Below are positions 9,808-18,989 of a DNA stretch of 64,000 nucleotides, one piece after another. Below the pieces are notes generated by a model that did not search any database, was not told where the DNA came from, and saw nothing but the letters and a program-made list of their open reading frames with translations. Each line of letters starts with the position of its first letter. Position 1 is the stretch's first letter. Source of the stretch: a plasmid; the sequence record NZ_CP020440.2; one strand, written 5' to 3'. Position numbers and translations under genes: made by a program.

Positions 9808-10943
9808 TGCTGACCGAGGAGCAGGAGCAGATCCGCGACGCCGCCCGCGCCTTCGCGCAAGAACGCCTCGCCCCCGGCGCGGCGGAACGCGACCGCGACA
9901 GCCGCTTTCCGCGCGCCGAACTGACCGAGATGGGCGAGCTGGGCTTCCTGGGGATGCTGGTCCCCGAGGAACACGGCGGGTCGGAAACCGGCACCGTCGC
10001 CTATGCCCTGGCGCTCGAGGAAATCGCGGCGGCGGACGGGGCCTGCAGCACCATCATGTCGGTGCACAGTTCCGTCGGCTGCGTCCCGATCCTGCGCTTT
10101 GGCACCGACGACCAGAAGGCCCGCTTTTTGCCCCGCATGGCCAGCGGCGAATGGATCGGCGGCTTTGCCCTGACCGAGCCGCAGGCGGGTTCGGACGCCT
10201 CGAACCTGCGCACCAGGGCGCGGCGCGACGGGGATCATTACGTCATCGACGGGGCCAAGCAGTTCATCACCTCGGGCAAGAACGGCAAGGTCGTGATCGT
10301 CTTTGCCGTCACCGACCCGGATGCGGGGAAAAAGGGCATCTCGGCCTTTCTGGTGCCGACCGATACGCCGGGCTATCAGGTGGTCACCGTCGAGCAGAAG
10401 CTGGGCCTGCACGCCTCGGACACCTGCGCGCTGGCGTTCACCGACATGCGGGTGCCGGTCGAGAACCGGCTGGGCGCCGAGGGCGAGGGCTATCGCATTG
10501 CACTGGCGAACCTGGAAGGCGGCCGCATCGGCATCGCCGCGCAATCCGTCGGCATGGCGCGCGGCGCCTGGCAGGCCGCGCTGGCCTATGCGCGGGACCG
10601 CATCGCCTTTGGCCGGCCCATCGCCGAACATCAGGCGGTGGCCTTCATGCTGGCCGACATGGCGGTGCAGATCGACGCCGCGCGGCTGCTGGTCCTGCGC
10701 GCAGCCGGGCTGCGCGAGGCCGGCAAGCCCTGCCTGACCGAGGCCAGCATGGCCAAGCTGTTCGCATCCGAGATGGCGGAAAAGGTCTGCTCGGCGGCGA
10801 TCCAGATCCACGGGGGCTATGGCTATCTGGCCGATTACCCGGTCGAGCGCATCTATCGCGACGTGCGCGTGACGCAGATCTATGAAGGCACAAGCGAGGT
10901 GCAGCGGATGGTGATCGCCCGCGGCCTGGACGCCGCGGGCTGA
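9804..10943 (+). CDS. Acyl-CoA dehydrogenase (short/branched-chain type)
   Basis: [15 protein letters not shown]..., [50 protein letters not shown] overlaps the thiolase stop (ATGA). Confidence 0.9.
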   Translation: MMLTEEQEQIRDAARAFAQERLAPGAAERDRDSRFPRAELTEMGELGFLGMLVPEEHGGSETGTVAYALALEEIAAADGACSTIMSVHSSVGCVPILRFGTDDQKARFLPRMASGEWIGGFALTEPQAGSDASNLRTRARRDGDHYVIDGAKQFITSGKNGKVVIVFAVTDPDAGKKGISAFLVPTDTPGYQVVTVEQKLGLHASDTCALAFTDMRVPVENRLGAEGEGYRIALANLEGGRIGIAAQSVGMARGAWQAALAYARDRIAFGRPIAEHQAVAFMLADMAVQIDAARLLVLRAAGLREAGKPCLTEASMAKLFASEMAEKVCSAAIQIHGGYGYLADYPVERIYRDVRVTQIYEGTSEVQRMVIARGLDAAG

Positions 10944-10946
10944 CCG

Positions 10947-10967
10947 GGGCCGTCAGTTGCTGACGGC
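10947..10967. terminator. Perfect 9-bp stem / 3-nt loop hairpin GGCCGTCAG-ttg-CTGACGGCC between convergent ACAD and opgG genes
   Basis: Seen directly. The stem contains the opgG stop codon. There is no U-tract, which is common in GC-rich genomes. Bidirectional. Confidence 0.35.
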
Positions 10968-12605
10968 CGCGGGCGTGGCCTGGGCATCGGCCCCGGGTCG
11001 GGCGCGGTCGAACTGGGCCGGATGGACCTGGCCCAGCCAGGTTTCCGTCAGCGGCTGGCCGTCCTTGGCCAGATAGGCGCGGATGTCGGCCGTCTCGACC
11101 CCCGGCGCGTCGATGTCGAAGATCAGCCGCCAGCGCGAGGTGCCCACCACCGGCAGGGCATAGCTTTGCACGATGGTGACGCCTTCGGGGACCGTCACGA
11201 CGGGTTCGACCCCCTGGTTCTGGCCCAGCGTGCCGATCTGGCCGCCGTCGAAGTCGATCACGATCTTCAGCTCGTCCTTGGGCCGGGGCAGGCCGGGAAC
11301 GCCGCCCGCGCCGATGCGGGTGGACACGGTGCGGGCCAGCGGCTGCGGCACCGGCGCCTGGTCGACCCAGCTGAGCGTATAGTCGAAGTCCATTTCCTGG
11401 CCCGGCTGCGGCTGGCGTTCGGGGTTCCAGAAGGCGACGATGTTGTCATAGACCTCGTCCTCGGTCGGGATCTCGACCAGCTGGACGTTGCCCTTGCCCC
11501 AGCCTTCCCTGGGCGCGATCCAGACCGAGGCGCGCCTGTCATAGAACACGCCGTCGTCCTCGTAGTTCTCGAAGCGGCGGTCGCGCTGGATCAGGCCGAA
11601 CCCTTTCGGATTCTCGGTCTGGAAGCTCGAGGTGACGACGCGGGGCGGGTTCATCAGCGGGCGCCAGATCTGTTCGCCGTTGCCCATGACCATCATCAGC
11701 CCGTCGGCGTCATGCACCTCGGGGCGCCAGTCAAAGGCCAGCACGCGGTTGGTTTCCGAATACCAGTACATCGAGGTCAAGGGCGCGATCCCCAGCCGCT
11801 GGACCGCGTTGCGGAAGAACAGCTTCGAGGACACCTGCATGGTCTGGCCCTGGCCGGGCGTGCCCTTGCGGATGTCCATGCGATAGGCGCCCGCGACCGA
11901 GGGGCTGTCCATCAGCGCATAGATCGTCACGTCGGTCTGCCCGTCCTTGGGCTTTTCGATGTAGAACTCGGTGAACAGGGGAAATTCCTCAGGCTCGGTC
12001 ATGCCCGAGTTGATGGCCAGGCCGCGCGCCGACATGCCGTATTGGCCGAAGGGGCCCGAGGTGCGGAAATAGGACGCGCCCAGAAAGCTGATCCAGTCGG
12101 TCCTGAGGTCGGGGTCCATCAGGCGGAACCCGGCAAATCCGGTCCCTCGGGTCAGCTGCCGCGCCGGGCTGTCGGCAGGCATGTCGAAAAAGCGCGGGTC
12201 ATAGGTGATGGCGCGGGCCGCGCCGTCCTCGACCACGGCGATCCTGACCGGGTTGCGGAAATAGGTTCCCAGGTGGAAGAACTGCACCGGCACGTCGCCG
12301 ACCCGGACCGTCGCCTCGGGGCGGAAGCGGATCTTCCAATGGGCGTCGTAGTCGATCTTTTCCAGGACCTCGGGCTGTTCGACCACGGGGGCGCGATAGG
12401 GCTGGGCGGCCAGGTCGCGGGCGCGCTGGGTCAGCACGTCCATGCTGAAGGGCTGCGCCTGCCCCAGCGCCGGCTGGAACGCGGCCGCTTGTTCCTGCGC
12501 CGCGGCAAGAGGGGGCAGGGCGGTCTGGCCAAGCGCCAAGGCAAGGACGGCGGCGCAAAGGGCGGCGGGACGGCGAAGGCGCAAGTCGGGGACTCCGTTG
12601 AACAT
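10953..12605 (-). CDS. opgG: Periplasmic glucan biosynthesis protein G (MdoG/OpgG family)
   Basis: 550 aa with an N-terminal signal peptide and MdoG-family conservation along its length (…DYDAHWKIRFRPE…FRNAVQRLGIAPLTSMYWYSE…). Confidence 0.85.
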   Translation of the reverse strand: MFNGVPDLRLRRPAALCAAVLALALGQTALPPLAAAQEQAAAFQPALGQAQPFSMDVLTQRARDLAAQPYRAPVVEQPEVLEKIDYDAHWKIRFRPEATVRVGDVPVQFFHLGTYFRNPVRIAVVEDGAARAITYDPRFFDMPADSPARQLTRGTGFAGFRLMDPDLRTDWISFLGASYFRTSGPFGQYGMSARGLAINSGMTEPEEFPLFTEFYIEKPKDGQTDVTIYALMDSPSVAGAYRMDIRKGTPGQGQTMQVSSKLFFRNAVQRLGIAPLTSMYWYSETNRVLAFDWRPEVHDADGLMMVMGNGEQIWRPLMNPPRVVTSSFQTENPKGFGLIQRDRRFENYEDDGVFYDRRASVWIAPREGWGKGNVQLVEIPTEDEVYDNIVAFWNPERQPQPGQEMDFDYTLSWVDQAPVPQPLARTVSTRIGAGGVPGLPRPKDELKIVIDFDGGQIGTLGQNQGVEPVVTVPEGVTIVQSYALPVVGTSRWRLIFDIDAPGVETADIRAYLAKDGQPLTETWLGQVHPAQFDRARPGADAQATPAAVSN

Positions 12606-12717
12606 TTCGGCGGCGAGGGGGGTGATGCCCGCCTTATCGCTAGGGCGAATGCGGCGGCGCTGGCAAGCAATTTGGCTGCACGATCAAGCGAATGTTGCGG
12701 ACTGTCGCCGGCGGGCG

Positions 12718-14085
12718 TCAGCCTTGCCGGCGGTCTTTCGCCGGTTCCCCGGCACCTGCACAGGGCAGATGCAATTCCGCGACGAGCCCGCCCGCCGGGG
12801 CGTTCGCCAGCGCCAGAGTGCCGCCATGGGCGCGGGCGATGTCGCGCGCGATGGAAAGGCCCAGTCCTGCGCCGCCGGTGCCTGCGTTGCGGCTTTCCTC
12901 GCCCCGCACGAACGGCTCGGTGACACGGGACAACAGCGCCTGGGGGATGCCGGGGCCGTCGTCCTCGACCCGGATCACGGCCTCGCCCGCCTTACCCATG
13001 GCAAGGGTCACGCGGGCATTGCCGGCATAGCGCAACGCATTGCCGACCAGGTTGCAGACCGCGCGGCTGATCGCCACCGGGCGCAGCCGGACGGGCACGG
13101 GCCCCGGCCCGCGATAGGGCACGCCCTGCTCGGCGCAAAGCCGGGACAGCAGCCGGTCCAGGTCGGTCACCTGGCGCGGTTCGGTCGTGGCGCCGGTGGT
13201 GGCGGCCTGCAGCAGCCCCTCGGCCATCACCGCCATGTCGTCCAGGATGCGGATCATGTCGTCGCGCTGGTCGTCGTCCTCCAGCAGCTCGGCCCGCAGG
13301 CGGAGGCTGGTGATCGGGGTGCGCAGGTCGTGGCCAAGCGCGGCCAGCATCCGCATCCGCTCGGCCTCGAGCCCGGCGATGCGGCGCTGCATGTCGTTGA
13401 AGGCCACGGCGGCCTCGCGCAGTTCGCTGGCCCCCGTCTCGGCCGCGCGGGCGGCGCGGTCGCCCCGGCCGGCGGCGCGCGCTGCCTGGGCCAGCGATTG
13501 CAGCGGGTGCGTCATCCGACGGATGAACCACAGCCCGACCAGCAGCGTGCCCACCAGGGATGCGCCCAGCGGCACGAACAGGCCCGACTTGACCGCCCAG
13601 GCGCGGGTGGTGGGCAGCGGATAGGCCAGCGTGTTCAGCCAGTCGCCCCGATAATGCCCGGCCTTCAGCCGGACCGAGACCGTCATCAGGGGGGCGCCGC
13701 GCGCGGCCCCGATCGGAGCGCCCCCTTCGCGGATCTGGATGTCGTGGGCGGGCAGGTGGGCGGCCAGCACCGCCTCCTCGGCCGGCAGGCGGTGCGAGTC
13801 GCCGGGATCGACCGGGGCGGCATCGACCGAGAACCGGGTAAATCCCGTGCTGCTGCGCCGGGGCAGCAGCCGCGCCGTCGCCGCATCGGCCGATTCCAGC
13901 GCCGAGACCAGCGCCATCAGCCGCTGCGTGTCGCCCTGCAAGCGGATCGCACGGTCAAAGGACGATCCTTCGCGCGCCAGAAGGATCGCGGCGATCAGGT
14001 TCATGCCCAGCACCGCCGCGACCAGCAGCAGCGAAAACCGCGCCGCCAGCCGGTCGGGCAGCAGCCGGCGCAGCGGGGCGATCAC
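12718..14085 (-). CDS. Sensor histidine kinase (HAMP-HisKA-HATPase)
   Basis: AALGHDLRTPITSL (H box), N/G boxes (VGNALRYAG, DDGPGIP, GGAGLGLSIAR). GTG at 14085 (VIAPLRRLL) overlaps the response regulator stop. Confidence 0.8.
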   Translation of the reverse strand: MIAPLRRLLPDRLAARFSLLLVAAVLGMNLIAAILLAREGSSFDRAIRLQGDTQRLMALVSALESADAATARLLPRRSSTGFTRFSVDAAPVDPGDSHRLPAEEAVLAAHLPAHDIQIREGGAPIGAARGAPLMTVSVRLKAGHYRGDWLNTLAYPLPTTRAWAVKSGLFVPLGASLVGTLLVGLWFIRRMTHPLQSLAQAARAAGRGDRAARAAETGASELREAAVAFNDMQRRIAGLEAERMRMLAALGHDLRTPITSLRLRAELLEDDDQRDDMIRILDDMAVMAEGLLQAATTGATTEPRQVTDLDRLLSRLCAEQGVPYRGPGPVPVRLRPVAISRAVCNLVGNALRYAGNARVTLAMGKAGEAVIRVEDDGPGIPQALLSRVTEPFVRGEESRNAGTGGAGLGLSIARDIARAHGGTLALANAPAGGLVAELHLPCAGAGEPAKDRRQG

Positions 14086-14801
14086 GGCAGGACCTCGACC
14101 TCGGCGGCCAGCCGATAGCCGCCGCCCCATTCGGTGACGATCAGGCGCGGGTTGCGCGGATCGGCCTCGATCTTGTGGCGCAGGCGGCTGATGGTGTTGT
14201 CGACGGCCCGGTCGTAGGCCCGCGCCTCGCGGCCCGCGTGCAGGTCCAGCAGCCGCATCCGGGTCAGCACCTGGCCCGGATGGTCCAGAAGCAGCCCGAG
14301 CATGCGGCTTTCCCCCGAAGTCAGCGCGATCTCGGCCCCCGAGGGGCGGATGATGCGCCGGCTGGCGGGGTCGTGGACAAGCCCGCCGAAACGGCGGCGC
14401 AGCGCGCTGGGGCCGGGCTGGAGCGGGGGCGCGCGGCGCAGCACGGCGCGGATGCGCGCCAGCAGTTCGCGCGGGTTGAAGGGCTTGGTCACGTAATCGT
14501 CGGCGCCGGTTTCCAGTCCGGTCACCTGATCCTCGGACGTGGCCAGGGCGGTCAGCAGGATCACCGGAACCCGGCCTTCGCGCGCAAGCGAGGCGCACAG
14601 GCTCAGCCCGTCCTCGCCCGGCATCATCACGTCGATGACGGCCAGGTGCACCGGGTCCTCGGCCAGGGCCTGACGGGCCTCGGCGGCATCGGCGGCCAGG
14701 CGGGTGCGATAGCCGCTGCGGCGCAGGAACTGGCCCAGCGGCTCGCGGATGTCGCGGGCGTCGTCGACGATCAGGATGCGCGGCTCGGCTGCGTCGGTCA
14801 T
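14082..14801 (-). CDS. OmpR-family response regulator
   Basis: Receiver domain (ILIVDDARDIRE…DVMMPGEDG) plus winged-helix (…LIVTEWGGGYRL). Confidence 0.85.
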   Translation of the reverse strand: MTDAAEPRILIVDDARDIREPLGQFLRRSGYRTRLAADAAEARQALAEDPVHLAVIDVMMPGEDGLSLCASLAREGRVPVILLTALATSEDQVTGLETGADDYVTKPFNPRELLARIRAVLRRAPPLQPGPSALRRRFGGLVHDPASRRIIRPSGAEIALTSGESRMLGLLLDHPGQVLTRMRLLDLHAGREARAYDRAVDNTISRLRHKIEADPRNPRLIVTEWGGGYRLAAEVEVLP

Positions 14802-14882
14802 GGGGCCCTCGGCTTGGGAATGCGAACGACGGCGGCATCCCGGATGCCGCCGCCCATGGTGGGGGAAAGGCCAGTCGGCCGA

Positions 14883-17183
14883 TCAGAACGAGGCGGTCAG
14901 CCCCATGTAGAAGGCGCGGCCCGGTTCGTTGAACGTGTTCGCGCCGTCGCTGGTATTGGTGCGCAGGATCTGCTTGTCGAACAGGTTCGTCACCCCCGCC
15001 GACAGCCGCGCGGTTTCGTTGACCTGCCAGTTTGCGCCCACGTTGACCAACGTATAGCCGCCGCGCGCCTCGGGGTCCTCGATCTCGTTGCCCATGCTGT
15101 TGCCGATCGTTGCCGGGTCGATCTTGCCGTAGTGCGTCGCACCCAGGGTCAGGGTCAGATCCGGCGTCGCATACCAGTCGAGCGAGGCGTTGATGGTATA
15201 GTCCGGCACCAGGCTCAGCGGTTGGCCGTTTTCGTCCTCGGACTTGATCATCTTGGTGAAGTTGGTGTTGAAGGCATAGCGGTCGCCCAGCGGCGTCGAG
15301 AAGTTGCCCTCGATCCCCGAGATCACCGCGTTCTTCTGGTTCTCCCAGCGGAACAGGCGGTTTTCCGTGGCGCCGGGGTTGTGCTGGATCCGACCCGAGC
15401 CGATGCGGTTGTCATAGTCGTTGTGGAACCAGGTCAGGCTGGCGTTCAGATCGTTGGCGCCCTGATAGGCGATCCCGATTTCCTTGTTCAGGCTGCGTTC
15501 GGCCTCGAGATCGGGGTTTCCCAGGACATAGCACGGACCGCTGATCTGCACGCCGTCCACATAGGGGCAGCCGCGCCCGCGCGTGGTGTAGACGTAGTTC
15601 GGGTTCAGCTGATACAGGTTCGGTGCCTTGAACGCGCGCGCCACGCCCAGCTTCATGGTCCAGGCCTCGTTGAACGCATAGGTCGCGTTCAGGCTGGGCG
15701 ACCAGGCGGCGCCGAAATTGTCGTTGTAGTCGAAGCGCAGACCGGGGGTCAGGGTCAGCCTGTCGTTCCACAGGATATTCGCCTCGGCATAAAGGCCGAT
15801 GGTCTGTTGGTCGGTCTTGGGATCGCGGTTCTCTCCGTCGGGATCGACGCCGATGTCTTCGCCCAGGTCCGGATCCAGCGACCCGCGGATCGACACGCCG
15901 TCCTCCATGAACTCGCCGCGGTATTCGGCGCCGAAGGTCACGCGGCTGTCCCGGCCGGCCAGCTGCATCGGCAGGATCCATTCGCTTTTGGCGGTGATGT
16001 TGTCCAGCGTGATCGTGCTGAACGCCATCGCGTCGTCTTCGCCGTCGCCATCGGTATCGACGCAGTTGGTGATCGCGCCCTCGCCACTGCCGGCCGTGCC
16101 TTCGCACAGCCGCGCGTTGCGGGTGTTTTCCCATTGCAGATAGCTGAAGGACTCGCCGAAGTCATATTCGCCCCGGTGGGTCACCGACAGGGTGCGGCGA
16201 TACATCCGGTTGGTCTCGGTGCCGATCAGGTTGACGCCGTCCTGTTCCTCTTTCACCGAGCCGAACATGGTGTCGCCGGCATAGATGTTGCCCTGGCGCG
16301 AGAAGCCCGCTTCGAAGTCGATGACATGGCCGGGGGCGACCTGCCAGCTCAGCAACCCGTTCAGATCCTTGTTCACCACGCCTTCGCGGCCAGCGAGGTT
16401 GCTGTATTCGGGGTTGCCCTCGTCATCGAGGACCGGGTTGCCGTCGTCGTCCAGCAGGGGCACGCGGTTGATGTCGGGGGAATCGGCATCGGTCTTGTTG
16501 TAATTGCCGAACAGCCGGAAGGTAAGATTTTCACCGATGGGCCCGGCCAGCATGAAGTTGCTGCGCACCGAGTCGCCTTCCTGCCGGCTTTCGGGCGAGT
16601 TGTAGTGCATCCCGACCTGCCCCGAGAAGGTTTCGGGGCGCTTGGTGATGATATTGACCACCCCGCCCGACGAGCCCGAACCATAGCGCGCCGCCGCCGG
16701 GCCGCGCAGAACTTCAATGCGCTCGATCATCTCGGCCGGCACCCAGTTCGAATCGCCGCGCGAATCGCGTTCGCCGTTGCGGCTCATGCGGACCGAGTTG
16801 CGCGACATGACGGGCTTGCCGTCGATCAGGATCAGGGTGTTTTCCGGCCCCATGCCGCGGATGTCGATCTGGCGCTGGTTGCCGCGCTGGCCGCTGGCGG
16901 TGGCGCCGGTCAGGTTGACGCCGGGCATCTTGCGCACGATTTCCGAGATGTCGTTGACGACCGGCTGTTTTTCGATGTCCTCTGCGGTGATGGTCGAGAT
17001 GCCCAGGGCCTGCTTGCCCTGTTCCTCGGCGGAAAGGACGACGGTTTCAAGGACGACGGTGTCGTCGGTATCGGTGGTTTCGATCGTGTCCTGGGCCAGG
17101 GCAAAACCTGCGAAGGCCGGGATCGAGATCAACAGGCAAAGGGCGGTGCCCATTGCTGGGCGCGGGATAAGCGTAGCCATCGC
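14883..17183 (-). CDS. TonB-dependent siderophore (catecholate-type) receptor
   Basis: Signal peptide, plug domain (DTIVL…PGVNLTG…IEVLRGPAAARYGSGSSGGVVNIITK) and a C-terminal beta-barrel ending in F. ATG MATLIPRP at 17183. Confidence 0.85.
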   Translation of the reverse strand, partial: AMATLIPRPAMGTALCLLISIPAFAGFALAQDTIETTDTDDTVVLETVVLSAEEQGKQALGISTITAEDIEKQPVVNDISEIVRKMPGVNLTGATASGQRGNQRQIDIRGMGPENTLILIDGKPVMSRNSVRMSRNGERDSRGDSNWVPAEMIERIEVLRGPAAARYGSGSSGGVVNIITKRPETFSGQVGMHYNSPESRQEGDSVRSNFMLAGPIGENLTFRLFGNYNKTDADSPDINRVPLLDDDGNPVLDDEGNPEYSNLAGREGVVNKDLNGLLSWQVAPGHVIDFEAGFSRQGNIYAGDTMFGSVKEEQDGVNLIGTETNRMYRRTLSVTHRGEYDFGESFSYLQWENTRNARLCEGTAGSGEGAITNCVDTDGDGEDDAMAFSTITLDNITAKSEWILPMQLAGRDSRVTFGAEYRGEFMEDGVSIRGSLDPDLGEDIGVDPDGENRDPKTDQQTIGLYAEANILWNDRLTLTPGLRFDYNDNFGAAWSPSLNATYAFNEAWTMKLGVARAFKAPNLYQLNPNYVYTTRGRGCPYVDGVQISGPCYVLGNPDLEAERSLNKEIGIAYQGANDLNASLTWFHNDYDNRIGSGRIQHNPGATENRLFRWENQKNAVISGIEGNFSTPLGDRYAFNTNFTKMIKSEDENGQPLSLVPDYTINASLDWYATPDLTLTLGATHYGKIDPATIGNSMGNEIEDPEARGGYTLVNVGANWQVNETARLSAGVTNLFDKQILRTNTSDGANTFNEPGRAFYMGLTASF

Positions 17184-17287
17184 ATGCTCCGGGATCGGGG
17201 GACTGAGGGAGGGATGGCTGGCTTGCGCGGGCTTGGGGCCTTCAATCACTTACAGGCACAAGCATCAAGAAAACTTACAGAATATTT

Positions 17288-17305
17288 TGTCGCAATCTGT
17301 CGCAA
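17288..17305. promoter_or_regulatory. Direct repeat TGTCGCAA-tc-TGTCGCAA (TGTCGC-N4-TGTCGC) about 105 nt upstream of the TonB receptor start
   Basis: Seen directly in an AT-richer promoter region. The same TGTCGC-N4-TGTCGC spacing recurs at 18962-18977. Confidence 0.3.
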
Positions 17306-17330
17306 AGCTGCGGCTGCGCCGCACGGAAAC

Positions 17331-17357
17331 GCCCGGCGGAAGGCTGTTCCGCCGGGC
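17331..17357 (-). terminator. Hairpin GCCCGGCGGAA-ggctg-TTCCGCCGGGC downstream of the beta-propeller gene
   Basis: Perfect 11-bp inverted repeat 27 nt after the YVTN gene stop; followed on the minus strand by GUUUCC. Confidence 0.4.
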
Positions 17358-17383
17358 GCTCGTCGGTCAACCGGCCAGGCCGA

Positions 17384-18784
17384 TCAGGACTTGGGCGTGA
17401 TCTTCCAGATGCGGTCGCCCGCCTCGTCGCCCTGCGCGCCCTTGTTCACGGCCCAGATGTTGCCCTTGCCGTCGGCGCGCAGCTGGTTCGGCATGCCGCC
17501 GATGTCCAGGTTCGCGACGATTTCGCCCTGCGGGCTGACGACGGTGACGGTGCCCGCGCCGCGGTTCGCGACATAGGCCAAGCGCCCCACCGGGTCGAAG
17601 GCCACGTTCAGCGCACCCGCGCCCACCGCCACGTCATGCAGGACCTCGCCCGTGTCGGCCTTAAGGATCAGCAGGTTGTCGGTTGCTTGCGAGGCGACGA
17701 AGATCAGCCCTTCCTGCGGGTCATAGGCCACGCCCGAGGCGGCCTTGGCGCCCGGCAGCGCGTGCACCTCGACCTCGCCGGTCTTGAGATCGACGATGGC
17801 CGCTTCGGGCGTGGACAGGCTGACGGTGACGAGCTTGCCGCCCGGCTCGTCGATGTCCAGCGCCATGGTCGAGAACTCTTCGCCCCGGATCTTGGACGGG
17901 ATGACGATGGGGTCCAGCGGCTCCAGCGTCTTGGTGTCGAAGACCTTGATCTCGTTCGTGCCGGTCGCGCTGGCATAGGCGCGGCCATTGGATTCGTCCA
18001 CCACCACGTCGCGGGCGTGCGGCACCGCGCCCGGTTCGAACTGCTTGACCAGCGACAGATCGGATTGCTTGTAGACGGCTGCCGTGTCCTGGCGGGTGTT
18101 GGTGACCCAGACATTGCCGTTGGCCTCGTCCACGTCCACGCCATAGACGGCCAGCAGGCCGCCGTCGCTGCCGTCGGCACGGGCGGGGGCGGCGGCGGGC
18201 GTCACCTCGGCCAGGACCTTCAGGCTGTCGGCGTCGATCTTGACAAGCTTGGATTCCTTGACCGGCGGCCGGCCGACGGCGCTGGTCACGAAGGCGGCAT
18301 TCGCACCCTGGCTGTATTTCACCTGGTACAGCCCGCGCGTCACCGGCTGGTTTTCCACGGTGAACTTGTCCGCCCCCGACACAGGCACCTCGGGCGAGAC
18401 CTTCAGCTGCACGACCTCGGCGCTGGCCGGATTCTCGGTCACGACCAGGATCGGTTGCAGGCCGATTTCCGCATCGGCGTCCAGCGCCAGGTCAAAGCTG
18501 AAGTTGCCTTCGGCATCGACGGTGATCGGCTGCGGGTTCAGGGGGGTCGTTCCGCGCAGCAGGGTCACGGTCTGGCCGGGCACCAGCCCCTCGCCGGAAA
18601 TGACCGCCTTGCCGCCCTTGAGGATCGGCGCGCGGTCTACCCCCTGGGCCGAAACGCGACCCACGAAATCGGGGACGGGTTTGGTGAAAAGCGTATCGGC
18701 CAGGCTGGCCGTGGCGCCGCCGGCCAGCGCGATCGCCGAGGCGCACAGCATCAGCCGCATACGGGACATCCGGATCATCGACAT
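17384..18784 (-). CDS. YVTN-family (YncE-like) periplasmic beta-propeller repeat protein
   Basis: Signal peptide (MSMIRMSRMRLMLCASAIALAGGATASLA) and repeated …YV(T/A)N…-type blades (AYVANRGAGTVTVV, VWVTNTRQDTAAVY, IFVASQATDNLLIL). Confidence 0.75.
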   Translation of the reverse strand: MSMIRMSRMRLMLCASAIALAGGATASLADTLFTKPVPDFVGRVSAQGVDRAPILKGGKAVISGEGLVPGQTVTLLRGTTPLNPQPITVDAEGNFSFDLALDADAEIGLQPILVVTENPASAEVVQLKVSPEVPVSGADKFTVENQPVTRGLYQVKYSQGANAAFVTSAVGRPPVKESKLVKIDADSLKVLAEVTPAAAPARADGSDGGLLAVYGVDVDEANGNVWVTNTRQDTAAVYKQSDLSLVKQFEPGAVPHARDVVVDESNGRAYASATGTNEIKVFDTKTLEPLDPIVIPSKIRGEEFSTMALDIDEPGGKLVTVSLSTPEAAIVDLKTGEVEVHALPGAKAASGVAYDPQEGLIFVASQATDNLLILKADTGEVLHDVAVGAGALNVAFDPVGRLAYVANRGAGTVTVVSPQGEIVANLDIGGMPNQLRADGKGNIWAVNKGAQGDEAGDRIWKITPKS

Positions 18785-18961
18785 GAAACGTTCCTTATCA
18801 TGTAGTTCGCGCCGCAGGCCGAGGCCACCATCGGGTCGCGCAAGGCTGCCCCGGGGCCGGTCGTCCTGACGGTCGAAAGTTGGCAGGCTGGCGTGGGGCT
18901 GGCACGGCGCGATTAAGACCAGCACCCCGATCCGAGTGCAAGCGAAAACCCGCGGCGAGTT

Positions 18962-18977
18962 TGTCGCGAAATGTCGC
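18962..18977. promoter_or_regulatory. Second TGTCGC-gaaa-TGTCGC direct repeat, about 180 nt upstream of the beta-propeller gene and just 3' of the gntR stop
   Basis: Seen directly; same half-site and spacing as 17288-17305. Confidence 0.3.
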
Positions 18978-18989
18978 TGGCCCGGATGG

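Noticed and set aside
8284-10811. Long minus-strand ORFs (481 aa and 559 aa) opposite the thiolase and ACAD genes
   Set aside because: Antisense to strongly supported genes; composition-driven open frames.
11022-12923. 633-aa plus-strand ORF opposite opgG
   Set aside because: Antisense to the MdoG-family gene, which has a signal peptide and conserved blocks.
14175-17576. 1133-aa plus-strand ORF opposite the TonB-dependent receptor, and the 17636..18805 ORF opposite the beta-propeller gene
   Set aside because: Both are antisense to genes with clear domain architecture and are rich in Gly/Ala/Arg/Val.
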